A DNA stretch of 64,000 nt from an uncultured Thermoplasmatales archaeon (GCA_964518165.1 CAZFFN010000126.1:11275-75274), one strand, 5' to 3'. Shown: positions 37,568 through 48,614, numbered from the stretch's first letter. Translations and numbers: made by a program. Notes: generated from the sequence alone by a model not told the origin.

Positions 37568-39844
37568 TCAGTCATTTAGATACTCTTTATTAAAAAGACT
37601 AACAATTTCTTCTGCAATTTGCTTACCTATGCCTTTTACTTCAGTTAATTCTTCAACTGACGCATTTGCAATGTCTTTAATATTTCCAAAATGATAAAGC
37701 AAACGTTTAGCAAGAATTGATGATACATAAGGAAGCCCCTCAACGAGAAATTGTTGTTGTTCTCTTAGTGACATTTGAGGTTTTTCTCCTCTGATAGACA
37801 CTGATTTTTTGTCTTTATTTTGTTCTCTATTAGCAATAACTCTTAATAGATCAGCAGTCTCTTTTTCATCATGAGTTGTAATTATTGGTATTCCATAATC
37901 AATAGAAATTGATGCAAGACTTCCAAAAATTGCATTTTGGTTGATATTTCTACGTGTCAAAACATTTTCGCCCTCTAGAACCAGTAATGGTCTAGAATAT
38001 GCACTTCTTAACCTTGAGATCTGTTTAAATAAATTTTTGTTAATTAAAGAACTCAAAAAATCATCCACATTTTTTCTTTCAACACCAATTCTTGAAGATA
38101 ATATGTAATCACCGACATCTAGTTGTTGCGCCTCAATATCAACTCCTTTTAATGTTAAATTCTTTGCCACATTTGACCGATATTCTCTTTGATCTACAAC
38201 AATTTTAGTTTTATTTTTTTGATTATTACCATATTCACTTAATTTTTTTTGTGATTTTTTATCTTTGATTTGTCTTTTATAAAAATCATCAGCGTTTTCA
38301 AATGTTCTATCAAGTTTATTTCTAATGGTTTCAAGTTCTCTACGCATACGTTTTTCTTTTCTTTTAGCGGACCAATAATAACCCTCATCAGGTGTCCCTT
38401 TAGCTATCAAAATAATTACTTCCCCTGACATTTTTCTAGCAGTTCGCCCTCTCCTTTGTATGAAACGTATTTCTGAAGGAATTGGTTCATAGAATACAAC
38501 TAGATCCGTACTAGGAATATCAAGGCCTTCTTCAGCAACAGATGTTGCTACAAGTACGTTATACTTATTTTTTCTGAAACCCTCGATAATTTCTGCCTGT
38601 TCTTTTTGAGTTAGTCCTTTATCATTTTGTTTGGGCGCCTGGCCGATAAACCGTTTAGGATTGATATTATCGATTTCCTCAAGATTTTTTGCAATATATG
38701 CTGAAGTATCTCTATAATGTGTAAACACAATTATTTTTGATTTTTTGTTATTTGAAATCTGTTTTTCAACTATTTTTCTAACCTCATTTATTTTAGGATG
38801 TTCAATGTCAAGTGTTTTTGCATGAGCTACAGCCTCAAGAATAGCATTATCTCTCAAAAGTGTTTTAGAAGATCTAGTGCTATTTTTTGTCTGAGATTCA
38901 CTTTTCATTCTATTAAAATAGTTTAAAAAAGCATTAATTCCCTGAGTTTGAATTAGGTCTAAAGAATAATATATCTTCATAGCCTCGCTTTGAATACTTG
39001 CTGCTTTGAATAGTATTTTAGGTGGATTATTTCTTGATTTTATTTCCTTTTGTATTTTTCTTTGTGCTTCTAATAATTTAGTTTTATTGATATTTGATAA
39101 AGAAGCCGATTCAATGATATTAATTTTTTTGAGTTTTTTTAATCTATCAGATAAAGATTTTCTTAAAAGTTGTATTGAATACGAAAAATCTCTAGGTAAA
39201 GAAACATCTCTCCATCTAATCTTTAAATCATGGACATATGGTTTGACATCTGGATCATTTTTTGTTTTAATTTCCACATTTTTAATATCTAGGTTTTTAC
39301 ATACTTCTAAAATTTTTTCTAAATTATTTCCTGGTGAAGCAGTCATCCCTAAAACTAATCTTTCTTCTCTTTGTTTTTGATACATCTCAGAAATAAAAAC
39401 ATATGCATAATCACCCACGGCATGGTGACATTCATCAAAAACGATAAGAGATACATTTTTTAGGTTTATTTTTTTAGATAATAAGTCATTTTGGATAACT
39501 TGGGGAGTTGAAACAATAATTCTACTTTTTTCCCATAACTTCTTTCTTTTTTCAGGCGATACTTCTCCTGTAAAAATTGATATTTCTTTATTTTCTATTT
39601 CAAGATTATTACATAAAAAATTCGAGTGTTGATTAACAAGTGGCTTAGTTGGTGATAAAAATAAGATTTTGTTTTCTGATTTTTTTAATTGTTTTGATAC
39701 TAAAATTAAAGCGATTATGGTCTTTCCAAGACCTGTTGGCAAAACAACTAACGTATTTTTGTCTTTTGCCGATTGAGCAATATTTATTTGATATTGTCTT
39801 TCTTCTATTGAATCTTTTTTAATAAAATTTTTTTCTATGTACAC
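37568..39844 (-). CDS. hef: Hef: DEAH helicase fused to an ERCC4/XPF nuclease and HhH2 domain
   Basis: RQYQINIA (motif I region), GLGKT, DECHHAVGDYAY, helicase C-terminal motifs, then ERKNVDDFLSSL (ERCC4 ERK motif) and a tandem HhH C-terminus. 758 aa. Confidence 0.9.
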   Translation of the reverse strand: MYIEKNFIKKDSIEERQYQINIAQSAKDKNTLVVLPTGLGKTIIALILVSKQLKKSENKILFLSPTKPLVNQHSNFLCNNLEIENKEISIFTGEVSPEKRKKLWEKSRIIVSTPQVIQNDLLSKKINLKNVSLIVFDECHHAVGDYAYVFISEMYQKQREERLVLGMTASPGNNLEKILEVCKNLDIKNVEIKTKNDPDVKPYVHDLKIRWRDVSLPRDFSYSIQLLRKSLSDRLKKLKKINIIESASLSNINKTKLLEAQRKIQKEIKSRNNPPKILFKAASIQSEAMKIYYSLDLIQTQGINAFLNYFNRMKSESQTKNSTRSSKTLLRDNAILEAVAHAKTLDIEHPKINEVRKIVEKQISNNKKSKIIVFTHYRDTSAYIAKNLEEIDNINPKRFIGQAPKQNDKGLTQKEQAEIIEGFRKNKYNVLVATSVAEEGLDIPSTDLVVFYEPIPSEIRFIQRRGRTARKMSGEVIILIAKGTPDEGYYWSAKRKEKRMRRELETIRNKLDRTFENADDFYKRQIKDKKSQKKLSEYGNNQKNKTKIVVDQREYRSNVAKNLTLKGVDIEAQQLDVGDYILSSRIGVERKNVDDFLSSLINKNLFKQISRLRSAYSRPLLVLEGENVLTRRNINQNAIFGSLASISIDYGIPIITTHDEKETADLLRVIANREQNKDKKSVSIRGEKPQMSLREQQQFLVEGLPYVSSILAKRLLYHFGNIKDIANASVEELTEVKGIGKQIAEEIVSLFNKEYLND

Positions 39845-39944
39845 ATTATCTGTAATTATAAGGGGTTTTTAGAAGTTTTGTAAAATTTAGTTTTTCAACA
39901 AAATTTATAACTATAGAAGAAGATATACGATATGGTTGGTATAA

Positions 39945-40142
39945 ATGGATATAATAGGTTTAGACATTCCTTTATATGTTTTATTTCTAATAGGAATAGT
40001 TGCTGTTTTTATTATTTGGAAATTAATAAAATTTGCATTTAAAATTTTGATAGTAATTGTTGTTTTTTTCCTTACGTTATTTGGTTTAGATTTTTTGGGC
40101 GTTTTTGATTTTGCCCAAAATCTACTATCAACTATTATCTAG
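39945..40142 (+). CDS. Small 2-TM membrane protein, hypothetical
   Basis: 65 aa, highly hydrophobic, and divergent from hef. Confidence 0.35.
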   Translation: MDIIGLDIPLYVLFLIGIVAVFIIWKLIKFAFKILIVIVVFFLTLFGLDFLGVFDFAQNLLSTII

Positions 40143-40303
40143 GTATCTCTATTGTTGAAAGATATAAAAAACATTTCTCTGTCAACAAGTTCTAGCTTTC
40201 CAAAATTGTGTGCATTTTGATATTTATCTTTTATTTCAAGCATAATTTGCCTCTCCCCAAATGGCCAAATATACGACCCTTATTTAAATTCTTTCATTTT
40301 TTT

Positions 40304-41158
40304 TTAACTAATAAAACTTCTGGAGTAAACACTATCTGAAGAAGGAATTGTAAATAAAATTGTTGTACCTGTACCTTCCCCATGACTATCAGCCCAGATT
40401 TTTCCGCCGTGTTTTTCTACTATTTTTTTACAAATAGCTAGGCCTAACCCCGTTGAATCAAGTTTATGTCTTGAATCATCAGTTTTGTAAAATTCATTAA
40501 ACATTCTATCGAGCTGATCTCTATTAAGACCAATGCCTGTATCTGTTACAGAAAACTGAATAAATTTGTCATTTTTTTTGGAAATTTCTTTTGAACTAAA
40601 TTCAATTTTACCGCCTTTTGGCATTGCATTTACTGAGTTTGAAATTAAATGATCAAAAAGTTCTACCAGCCTAGTTCTGTCAGTTTTTACAATTGTTTCT
40701 TTATTTAGATTATTTTGAATTTTAATATTATAACTTTTGAATACAACATCATATCTAGCAATAATGTTATTTACTATTTCATAAGCATTTTCTTTTTTAA
40801 GAAGTAAATCTGACGCAGATATGTCTGATAGTTCCCTAGCATTTTCTATTACTCTTTTAATATATTTTACATTTTTTAAACAAGTATCTGCAAGTTTTTT
40901 TGTGTTTTCATCTTTAATATCTTCTTTTATTATCGGGAGAAGAGATATTAAAGGAGTTAATGGAGTTGCTAAATCGTGACTTAAATTGTCAATAAATCTT
41001 GCTCTGTCTTGTACTAATTTTTTTATTTCTACTGTTTTATCAACTACATTTTCATGTAATTCTTTTTTAGTTTTTTCCAATTCATTTCTAAGCTCGTTGA
41101 TTATTTCGTCTTTTGATTTTGTCTCATTTAAAAAACTTAATGAAGAGCCATCACTCAT
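40304..41158 (-). CDS. Cytoplasmic sensor histidine kinase (HisKA + HATPase_c)
   Basis: H-box LSHDLATPLTPL, N-box, and G-boxes (DTGIGL, GTGLGLAICKKIVEKHGGKIW). No TM segments. Coiled-coil N-terminus. Confidence 0.85.
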   Translation of the reverse strand: MSDGSSLSFLNETKSKDEIINELRNELEKTKKELHENVVDKTVEIKKLVQDRARFIDNLSHDLATPLTPLISLLPIIKEDIKDENTKKLADTCLKNVKYIKRVIENARELSDISASDLLLKKENAYEIVNNIIARYDVVFKSYNIKIQNNLNKETIVKTDRTRLVELFDHLISNSVNAMPKGGKIEFSSKEISKKNDKFIQFSVTDTGIGLNRDQLDRMFNEFYKTDDSRHKLDSTGLGLAICKKIVEKHGGKIWADSHGEGTGTTILFTIPSSDSVYSRSFIS

Positions 41159-41304
41159 GTTTCCCTACTCTTTAATGGAAATGGATTTTTAATATTAAAA
41201 GTTTTATAGGATTATATTGGTTTTTCATAATAACTTTAAATAGGATAAAAGATATTTTTGTTTAGTTAAAAATATGCTGAGGGTCAAGTTGGGATAGATA
41301 ATAT

Positions 41305-41850
41305 ATGAATTCTAATGACGAAAAAGATTCTATTAAATCTCATAAACAAATCATTCATATGATTGATGAATTAAAGGAATTTGAAAACATCAAAATAGAT
41401 CATGAAATTAAAGAAAAGCCCATGACTAATGAAATATTAGAAATTGATAAAAACGAAATTAATGACAACTTAGTTATAGAAACTGAAGAAGAAAAAAAAG
41501 AATTCTTAAAAAATGTTAATCTTTTTCCCAAGATAAGGTGGAAAAACGAAGAAAATAAAGAAATCAATCCCTCTACTTTTAAAATTGGGTTTAATAAAAA
41601 TGGAGATCTTGTAAATCTAGATTTCAAGCAGAAAAAAATTCAGGAAGAGAAAAAAGTAAAATTAAATTTTAAAAACCTTTTTTCACTTTTTAAGATAAAA
41701 GATAAAAACAAAAATGAAGGGAAAGAGAAATCAAATGATTCAAAAATTTCTATGATCAAGGATAAAATTGGCAAGATTGGTAAATTAAAAAAACTAATTC
41801 CATCAAAAGGTAAAAAAGAGAAAAAAGCAGAAGAGGGTAGTGAGCAGTAA
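41305..41850 (+). CDS. Lys/Glu-rich low-complexity protein, hypothetical
   Basis: 181 aa, predicted disordered, with no recognisable domain. Confidence 0.4.
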   Translation: MNSNDEKDSIKSHKQIIHMIDELKEFENIKIDHEIKEKPMTNEILEIDKNEINDNLVIETEEEKKEFLKNVNLFPKIRWKNEENKEINPSTFKIGFNKNGDLVNLDFKQKKIQEEKKVKLNFKNLFSLFKIKDKNKNEGKEKSNDSKISMIKDKIGKIGKLKKLIPSKGKKEKKAEEGSEQ

Positions 41851-41863
41851 ATCGATTGCTACA

Positions 41864-42013
41864 CTATTTTGCTTTTTTGAAATATTCCGTTAAATCATAG
41901 ATAACCGCTTGTTCTGCTAAATGACGTATTCTGTTATTGACCATAAATACTTTCATTACTGACTTTAATTCGTTTAGCTGATTTCGGGTTGTTACTTCAG
42001 ATGCTATTTTCAT
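41864..42013 (-). CDS. Unannotated small ORF (49 aa) with RBS
   Basis: Minus-strand ATG at 42013 with GGTGGTGAGAT immediately upstream. The peptide MKIASEVTTRNQLNELKSVMKVFMVNNRIRHLAEQAVIYDLTEYFKKAK is below the ORF-track length cutoff. Confidence 0.4.
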   Translation of the reverse strand: MKIASEVTTRNQLNELKSVMKVFMVNNRIRHLAEQAVIYDLTEYFKKAK

Positions 42014-42154
42014 ATTTTATCTCACCACCTATCAAGTTATACTTTGTAATTTATGTTATATAAAGTTATTGTGTAAATATAACATAAATGGTTTTTTATC
42101 AAAAGGATAGAAAAAGCATTAAATAACTTAATTTTCATTCCCAAAGGATTACTA

Positions 42155-44977
42155 ATGGCATCAGAAGAATACAACTATATAGAAATCGAAAATAAATGGC
42201 AAAAAGAATGGTATAAAGAAAAAATATATGAATCAAAAAAAACCAACAATAAAAAATTCTTTATTCACTTTGCCTATCCGGGAGTATCAGGTTATTTACA
42301 TGTAGGCCATATGAGAGGTTTTACATATTGTGATATCATCGCCAGATACAAAAGAATGACCGGGCATGATGTTTTATTTCCCGCTGGTTTTCATGCTTCG
42401 GGAATTCCTTCAATTGGTTTTGCAAAAAAAATTGAGCGAAAAGACCCTCGGACAATAAACATTCTCAAAGAATATGGGCTTAACAAAGATGAAATTGAAA
42501 AATTAAAAAACCCAAATGAGGTAGTTAATTACTTTTCAAAAGTATATGTAAATGATTATTGGAAAAAATTCGGGTATCTCATTGATTATTCACGAATAAT
42601 GAGTACAATATCAAAAGGATATAAACAATTTATAAAATGGCAATTTAAAAAATTAAATGAAAATGATTTGTTAATAAAAAAACCACATTACGCACCTTTT
42701 TGTCCCAATTGCGGTCCAGTTGCAGTAGATAAATCTGAAACAGATATATCAAAAGGTGGAAATGCAGAGATACAAGAATTTACAGTTATTAAATTTAAGA
42801 TGGATGACGGAAAAATTCTCCCTGCAGCCACTCTAAGACCTGAAACAATCTATGGTGTTACAAACATGTGGATAAATCCAAAAATTACATATGAACTAGC
42901 AGAGGTAGAAGGAGAATTATGGATAGTATCAAAGGAAGCACTTGAAAAACTATCGCATCAAATAGATAAAATAAAACCACTCAATAAAAAAATTAAAGGT
43001 GAACGACTAATAGGAAAAACTTGCAAAGTACCAATAATAGAAAGAAAAGTTCCATTACTCCCGGGGCCTTTTGCAAATCCAAATGTTGCAACAGGAATAG
43101 TTATGTCAGTTCCCGCTCATGCACCATATGATTATATTGCATTAAAAGAACTACAAACAGATATAGAACCAATTACTATAATTGATGTAAAAGATTTTGG
43201 AACAAACCCTGCAAAAGAAATGACTGAAAGATTGAATATCAAAAACCAAAAAGAAGCTGAAAAACTTGAAACAGCCACAGAAGAAGTATACAAAAAAGAA
43301 TTTCATACAGGTAAGCTAAATAAAAAGTGTGGAAAATTTTCTGGAATAAAAATATCTGAAATAAAAGACCAAGTCAAAGATGAATTGATAAAAAATAATC
43401 AAGCGACAATTATGAGAGAATTTTCTGAAGAAGTTGTCTGCAGATGTGCAAAAAAAGTGATTATTAAAAAAATTCCGGATCAATGGTTTGTTAAATATAG
43501 TGATAAAAATCTTACAGAAAATACAAAAGAGCATGTTAAAAAAATGGAAATTTTTCCTGAGGAATATAAGAAAGAATTACCTGGAGTTTTAGATTGGTTT
43601 GATGACAGAGCTTGCATTAGAAAAGGGAGTTGGCTAGGAACAGAATTTCCTTTCAAAAAAGGATGGATCGTAGAACCAATCTCTGATTCTACTCTTTATC
43701 CTGCTTATTACGTTATATCTAAATATGTAAATCAACAAGAAATTAAAACAGAGGATATGACCGAAAAATTCTTTGATTATGTATTTTTAGGTAAAGGAGA
43801 ATCAAAATTACCTATTTGGAAACAAATCAGAGAAGATTTTGAATACTGGTATCCCGTTAACATCAACCTGGGTGGAAAAGAACATAAAACAGTCCATTTT
43901 CCTGTCTTTTTAATGAATCATGTAGCTGTTTTGCCTAGTTCTAAACGACCAAAAGGAATATTTGTTCATTGGTGGGTGACTCAAAAAGGAAAAGAAAAGA
44001 TTAGTAAGTCAAAAGGCGGAGCAGAACACATAGCAGAAGCAGCAACTAAATATGGCGTAGACGCCATGAGATTATATTATGCTCATGTAGGTTCAACATT
44101 CGTTGATATCGAATGGGATTCAGAAAAAGTAATAAAATACAAAAATAGGCTAGCTAACATCTACAAACAAATTGATAGAATTAAAAAAATAAAAGATAAA
44201 AAAGATGAAAACCTAGATTTATGGCTTAAAAGTAAAATAAACAACACAATTAAAAAAACAAAAGATGCTTTTAAAAAATATGATTTAAGAGTTGCAACTA
44301 ATGATATATTTTTTGACTGTAATAAAAATCTTCAGTGGTATCTTAAAAGAGGCGGAGGCAATAAAGACATATTAGGTGATTTTATTAAAAAATGGATTAA
44401 ACTAATGACCCCTATAACTCCTCATTTATCTGAAGAACTATGGTCTGAAAGTAAAGATTCATTTATTTCAAATGAAAAATATCCTAATTTTTCAAATGAA
44501 CAAGTGTACCCCGAGCAAGAAAACGGTGAGTACCTCCTTTCAGAGACGATCAAAGACATATCCGAGATATTAAAGGTTACAAGTATTAAACCTAAAAAAA
44601 TCTGTATATACACATCACAAAGTTGGAAACAAGATATTTACAAAAAAGCAATAAAAATGTCAGAGGAAAACAAACTTAATATAGGAATTTTAATGAAAGA
44701 GATTATGTCAGATCCAGATCTAAAAAAGAAAGGAAAAGAAATATCAAAATTTGTAAAAAAACTACCGCAAGAAATAATGAAACTAAATAAAACCGATAAA
44801 AAAAGATATCTTGTTGAAATTAGCGAAAAAAAATATCTTAAAGATTCGGAAAAATATATCCAGGATTTTTTTGAGTGTGATATTGAAATATATAATTCAG
44901 AAGAAAAAGAAATTTATGATCCTGAAAATAAATCAAGATTCGCTCAACCCTTAAGACCCGCTATTTATGTGGAGTAA
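42155..44977 (+). CDS. leuS: Leucyl-tRNA synthetase (archaeal type)
   Basis: HVGHMRGF (HIGH), KISKSKGG (KMSKS), CP1 editing domain, 940 aa. Confidence 0.95.
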   Translation: MASEEYNYIEIENKWQKEWYKEKIYESKKTNNKKFFIHFAYPGVSGYLHVGHMRGFTYCDIIARYKRMTGHDVLFPAGFHASGIPSIGFAKKIERKDPRTINILKEYGLNKDEIEKLKNPNEVVNYFSKVYVNDYWKKFGYLIDYSRIMSTISKGYKQFIKWQFKKLNENDLLIKKPHYAPFCPNCGPVAVDKSETDISKGGNAEIQEFTVIKFKMDDGKILPAATLRPETIYGVTNMWINPKITYELAEVEGELWIVSKEALEKLSHQIDKIKPLNKKIKGERLIGKTCKVPIIERKVPLLPGPFANPNVATGIVMSVPAHAPYDYIALKELQTDIEPITIIDVKDFGTNPAKEMTERLNIKNQKEAEKLETATEEVYKKEFHTGKLNKKCGKFSGIKISEIKDQVKDELIKNNQATIMREFSEEVVCRCAKKVIIKKIPDQWFVKYSDKNLTENTKEHVKKMEIFPEEYKKELPGVLDWFDDRACIRKGSWLGTEFPFKKGWIVEPISDSTLYPAYYVISKYVNQQEIKTEDMTEKFFDYVFLGKGESKLPIWKQIREDFEYWYPVNINLGGKEHKTVHFPVFLMNHVAVLPSSKRPKGIFVHWWVTQKGKEKISKSKGGAEHIAEAATKYGVDAMRLYYAHVGSTFVDIEWDSEKVIKYKNRLANIYKQIDRIKKIKDKKDENLDLWLKSKINNTIKKTKDAFKKYDLRVATNDIFFDCNKNLQWYLKRGGGNKDILGDFIKKWIKLMTPITPHLSEELWSESKDSFISNEKYPNFSNEQVYPEQENGEYLLSETIKDISEILKVTSIKPKKICIYTSQSWKQDIYKKAIKMSEENKLNIGILMKEIMSDPDLKKKGKEISKFVKKLPQEIMKLNKTDKKRYLVEISEKKYLKDSEKYIQDFFECDIEIYNSEEKEIYDPENKSRFAQPLRPAIYVE

Positions 44978-45671
44978 AAAAATGGATAGCAACCATTTAA
45001 AAGAATCTGAACAAACATGGGATAAGATTGCTGCTAGCTTTGATAAAACAAGGAAAAAACCATGGCAAATCTGTCTTGATTACATAAAAACTCAAGATAG
45101 ACACAATGTTTTTGCAGATCTAGGATGTGGAAATGGAAGGCATTTAATCCCTGCATCAAAACATTTCAAAAAAGCAATTGGAGTAGATATTTCAAGTAAT
45201 TTATTACATATCGTAGGAAAAAAAATAAAAAAATTAGATATCATTAATGTAAAATTAATTCATTCGACTCTAACAGATATACCATTAAAGGAAAATAGTG
45301 TTGGATCCATAATTTTTATTGCAGCTTTACACAACATAAAACATAGAAAAAACAGAGTTAAAGCCCTTATAGAAGTAAAAAGAATTATGGAAAAAAAAGG
45401 CTCAGCAATGATTTCTGTATGGTCAAGAGAACAGGAAAAGTTTAGAGATCTATTTAATGAAAATAAAACACAAAAAAATAAAGAGCTTGGAGACATAGAG
45501 ATATTCTGGAGGCAAGACAAATTAGATGTAGCACGTTTTTATCATTTATATTCTCAACAGGAATTCAAAGAAGATATACTCAAAGCGGGTTTAAAAATTA
45601 AAAAATTTCAACCTGTAAAAATTGTTTCAAAAAAGTATTATGACAACTATTTTGCAACTGTTACAAAGTAA
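44967..45671 (+). CDS. Class I SAM-dependent methyltransferase (Methyltransf_11-like)
   Basis: VFADLGCGNGRHL motif I. Overlaps the leuS 3' end by 11 nt. Confidence 0.7.
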   Translation: MWSKKMDSNHLKESEQTWDKIAASFDKTRKKPWQICLDYIKTQDRHNVFADLGCGNGRHLIPASKHFKKAIGVDISSNLLHIVGKKIKKLDIINVKLIHSTLTDIPLKENSVGSIIFIAALHNIKHRKNRVKALIEVKRIMEKKGSAMISVWSREQEKFRDLFNENKTQKNKELGDIEIFWRQDKLDVARFYHLYSQQEFKEDILKAGLKIKKFQPVKIVSKKYYDNYFATVTK

Positions 45672-45672
45672 A

Positions 45673-47049
45673 TTATTTTTTATTTGTAAATAAACTCACA
45701 CAGACTAAAACAATTACTGAAATAAAAATCGCCCATATAGCAGGTAAAAAACCAAAACTTGGTAACAAATTATATTGATATAGAAATACTGATAGTTCGC
45801 CTATAATAATACTTGAGATACAACCATATTTAGTTACTTTTTTCCAGTACAAAACAGCAAGTGTTGTAGGACATAAAACAGCAAGTCCCGAAAAAGTAGT
45901 TTTAACAAGAGAGCCCATTATTCCAACACTTGTATCATAACCTGTGACAATAAATAAAATCGCAAAAAAGGTTAGAATTATAACTATAATTTTACCAATA
46001 CTAATCTCTGAAATTTTTCTTTTTTTGAATGGTAAATCATGTGAAAGCATAGTAGATAATGAAAGTAACTGAGAATCAGCTGTCGACATTAAAGCAGCTA
46101 ACGCCCCAATCATAACAAAAGAGTAAACTGGTGAGGCATATAGTCTAACCATCTCTGGAAGAACATAATCAGTATTCTCCGGATGAACTCCTGCACCTTG
46201 GGCCCAAACACCGATAAGAACAGGCAATAAAAATAAAATAGATACAATTATCGGATAAAAAATCATAGCTTTTTTTAGAGATTTTTCATTTTTAGCAGTA
46301 TAAAACCTAGAAAAAATTTGTGGAAACATTGGATCAGCAAATATCCACAGAAACATATATGAAAACCAAATTTGAGGTATAAAATATGAAAAACCTCCCG
46401 GACGCTCAAATAATTCAGGACTTGATTCAAATGCTAAATTATTAGCATTTTCAAAACCACCTAGGCTAATTGCTATAAAAATAACAGCAATACTGAGGGC
46501 GATTATCATAATTAAACCTTGAATCACATCAGTCCAACCAGACCCTCTCATACCTCCAAGTAACACATAAAGCATTATGATTAGAATAGTAATAATGGCG
46601 CCTATCTGCCAAAATACCCCAGTCATATTCTCAATTAAAAAACCTGCCCCTATTGCTTGAGTAGCAAGATAAGGTATTGTAAAAATAACCATAACAAACA
46701 TAAACAAAAGACGTAAACTTTTGCTTTTGAATTTTTTACCTATTAACTCAGGGGGAGTAATATAACCATTTTTCTTTCCTTCCTGCCATACTTTCCTGCC
46801 TATTACAAAAAACATAACTGCCATAATGGCAGTTCCAAATCCCATTATGCCGTATTGACCAAAACCAAATTTATAAGCAGCACCAGAAAAACCAAGGAAA
46901 GTAAAAGCTGAAAAATTTGTAGCAATCAATGTAAAGAAAAAAATAATTGATCCAAAAGATCTATTTGCAAGAAAATAATCTTCAGGTGTTTTTTTCGTAA
47001 TTTTATGAGCAAAAATACCTAGAGATAACAAAGAAATAAAATAGATCAT
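45673..47049 (-). CDS. Sodium:solute symporter (SSS family)
   Basis: 458 aa with 12-13 TM and an N-terminal HKITKKTPEDYFLANRSFGSI typical of PutP/PanF-like SSS. Confidence 0.8.
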   Translation of the reverse strand: MIYFISLLSLGIFAHKITKKTPEDYFLANRSFGSIIFFFTLIATNFSAFTFLGFSGAAYKFGFGQYGIMGFGTAIMAVMFFVIGRKVWQEGKKNGYITPPELIGKKFKSKSLRLLFMFVMVIFTIPYLATQAIGAGFLIENMTGVFWQIGAIITILIIMLYVLLGGMRGSGWTDVIQGLIMIIALSIAVIFIAISLGGFENANNLAFESSPELFERPGGFSYFIPQIWFSYMFLWIFADPMFPQIFSRFYTAKNEKSLKKAMIFYPIIVSILFLLPVLIGVWAQGAGVHPENTDYVLPEMVRLYASPVYSFVMIGALAALMSTADSQLLSLSTMLSHDLPFKKRKISEISIGKIIVIILTFFAILFIVTGYDTSVGIMGSLVKTTFSGLAVLCPTTLAVLYWKKVTKYGCISSIIIGELSVFLYQYNLLPSFGFLPAIWAIFISVIVLVCVSLFTNKK

Positions 47050-47069
47050 TACTAAAACTAAAAAAATTA

Positions 47070-47285
47070 TCAGTCATCCCTCCATATGTTTTTTGCTAAA
47101 ATATAAAAGAATAGGGTTAAAGAAACAGTTATTAAAATTAAATAATAGACCCATATAGGAAGACCTAACATTTTAGGATTTGATTGATTCCAACCCCAAA
47201 AATCTAGCGAAAGAACAAATAGTATTATAAAAATTAAAAAAGAAATAAGTCTTTTCTTATCTTTCAACCAGGAAATTTGTTTCAT
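47070..47285 (-). CDS. Small 2-TM membrane protein, putative SSS accessory subunit
   Basis: 71 aa, immediately upstream and co-directional with the SSS gene, as is common for DUF3311-like small partners. Confidence 0.45.
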   Translation of the reverse strand: MKQISWLKDKKRLISFLIFIILFVLSLDFWGWNQSNPKMLGLPIWVYYLILITVSLTLFFYILAKNIWRDD

Positions 47286-47403
47286 ACTTTACACCAATAT
47301 CTGCTATTTCCTGGTTTCTCTGGCTGGAAATAGATAAAACATTGCCAGATATTTCAGTAGCAAAAAATGGCATTTAGTAATTAAATTTTACTAAAAAATT
47401 TAT

Positions 47404-47784
47404 TTAAGAAAGAGTCATCTTTCTTACATTGCTAATCAATTCTCTTATATTAAATGGTTTAGCAATATAATCATGGATCTGATTTTGTAACCCTTTTATT
47501 TTTTCATGATCTCTTGTCCCTTTAGCGGTTAGTATAGAGATGATTACATTCTTTGATAATCCCTTGTTTTTTATTTCTTCAATTGTATCCCATCCATCCA
47601 TAAAAGGCATCATTATATCCATTAAAATAGGTCCTTTAAAACCTCTTTCAATTTCTTTAATACAATCCATACCACTATCAACAGCGTATACTTCAAAACC
47701 TTCTTTTTCAAAAATTCTTCTAATTGTTATGAGAATATCAGGATCATCATCAACAACCATTATTCTTTTTTTCATATCCTCCAA
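47404..47784 (-). CDS. Single-domain response regulator (CheY-like receiver)
   Basis: VVDDDPD, ILMDIMMPFMDG (phospho-Asp), T, and KPF. Confidence 0.9.
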   Translation of the reverse strand: MEDMKKRIMVVDDDPDILITIRRIFEKEGFEVYAVDSGMDCIKEIERGFKGPILMDIMMPFMDGWDTIEEIKNKGLSKNVIISILTAKGTRDHEKIKGLQNQIHDYIAKPFNIRELISNVRKMTLS

Positions 47785-47861
47785 TCCACCGTTATGATAT
47801 ACTTTATCGTGATTTATATATATAGTTATCGTGCTAAAATGACAAAATGTTAAAAATATAT

Positions 47862-48611
47862 TTATTCTATTGTTTCAAGCAAAATATCGCTAAGTTTCCC
47901 TATTTCTTCAGGTGTTAGATTTTCCACTCTTTTCCTTTTAAAAGGAATATTATTAATATTATTAACATTATAATTATCTTTGATAATCTTTCTAATCATC
48001 TTTCTTCTATGGTTAAAAAGTGTTCTTGACAGATTTAAGAAAAATTTTTCATTTTTAACATGGAATGGAGGTTTTTTTAATCGAATTAATTTAACAATGC
48101 ATGCATCCACTTTGGGTTGTGGATTAAATGAATTTTTTGAAATTTTCTCTAGTATTTCACAATATGCCTTATAATATAAATGAACTGTTAAATGTGAATA
48201 ATCTTTTGTTCCAGGTAGCCCAACCATTCTTTTTGCAAAATCTTCTTGATAGATTAAAATAGCTTTATCAAAATTATTTTCTAAAAATTTAAAAGTAATA
48301 GGGGATGAAATTTGAAAAGGAAGATTTGATACAATTTTATTGAAACTAATCCGTTCAAAATCAACTTTTACTGCATCATCGTTGATAAGTTCAACATTAT
48401 TAGGTAAAATTTTTTCCAAGTATTCAAATAGCTTTTTATCATATTCAATAGCTATTACTTTTTTTGCTTTTTTAGCAAGTATTTTAGTTAAAATTCCTTT
48501 ACCCGGCCCAACTTCTAAAACAATATCTTTATCTTTTATATCCGCATAATCAACTTCTCTTAAAACAACATTTTTATCGATTAAAAAATTTTGACCAAGT
48601 TTAGTTTTCAT
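47862..48611 (-). CDS. ksgA: 16S rRNA dimethyladenosine transferase KsgA/Dim1
   Basis: LGQNFLID, VLEVGPGKGILT. Confidence 0.9.
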   Translation of the reverse strand: MKTKLGQNFLIDKNVVLREVDYADIKDKDIVLEVGPGKGILTKILAKKAKKVIAIEYDKKLFEYLEKILPNNVELINDDAVKVDFERISFNKIVSNLPFQISSPITFKFLENNFDKAILIYQEDFAKRMVGLPGTKDYSHLTVHLYYKAYCEILEKISKNSFNPQPKVDACIVKLIRLKKPPFHVKNEKFFLNLSRTLFNHRRKMIRKIIKDNYNVNNINNIPFKRKRVENLTPEEIGKLSDILLETIE

Positions 48612-48614
48612 AAA

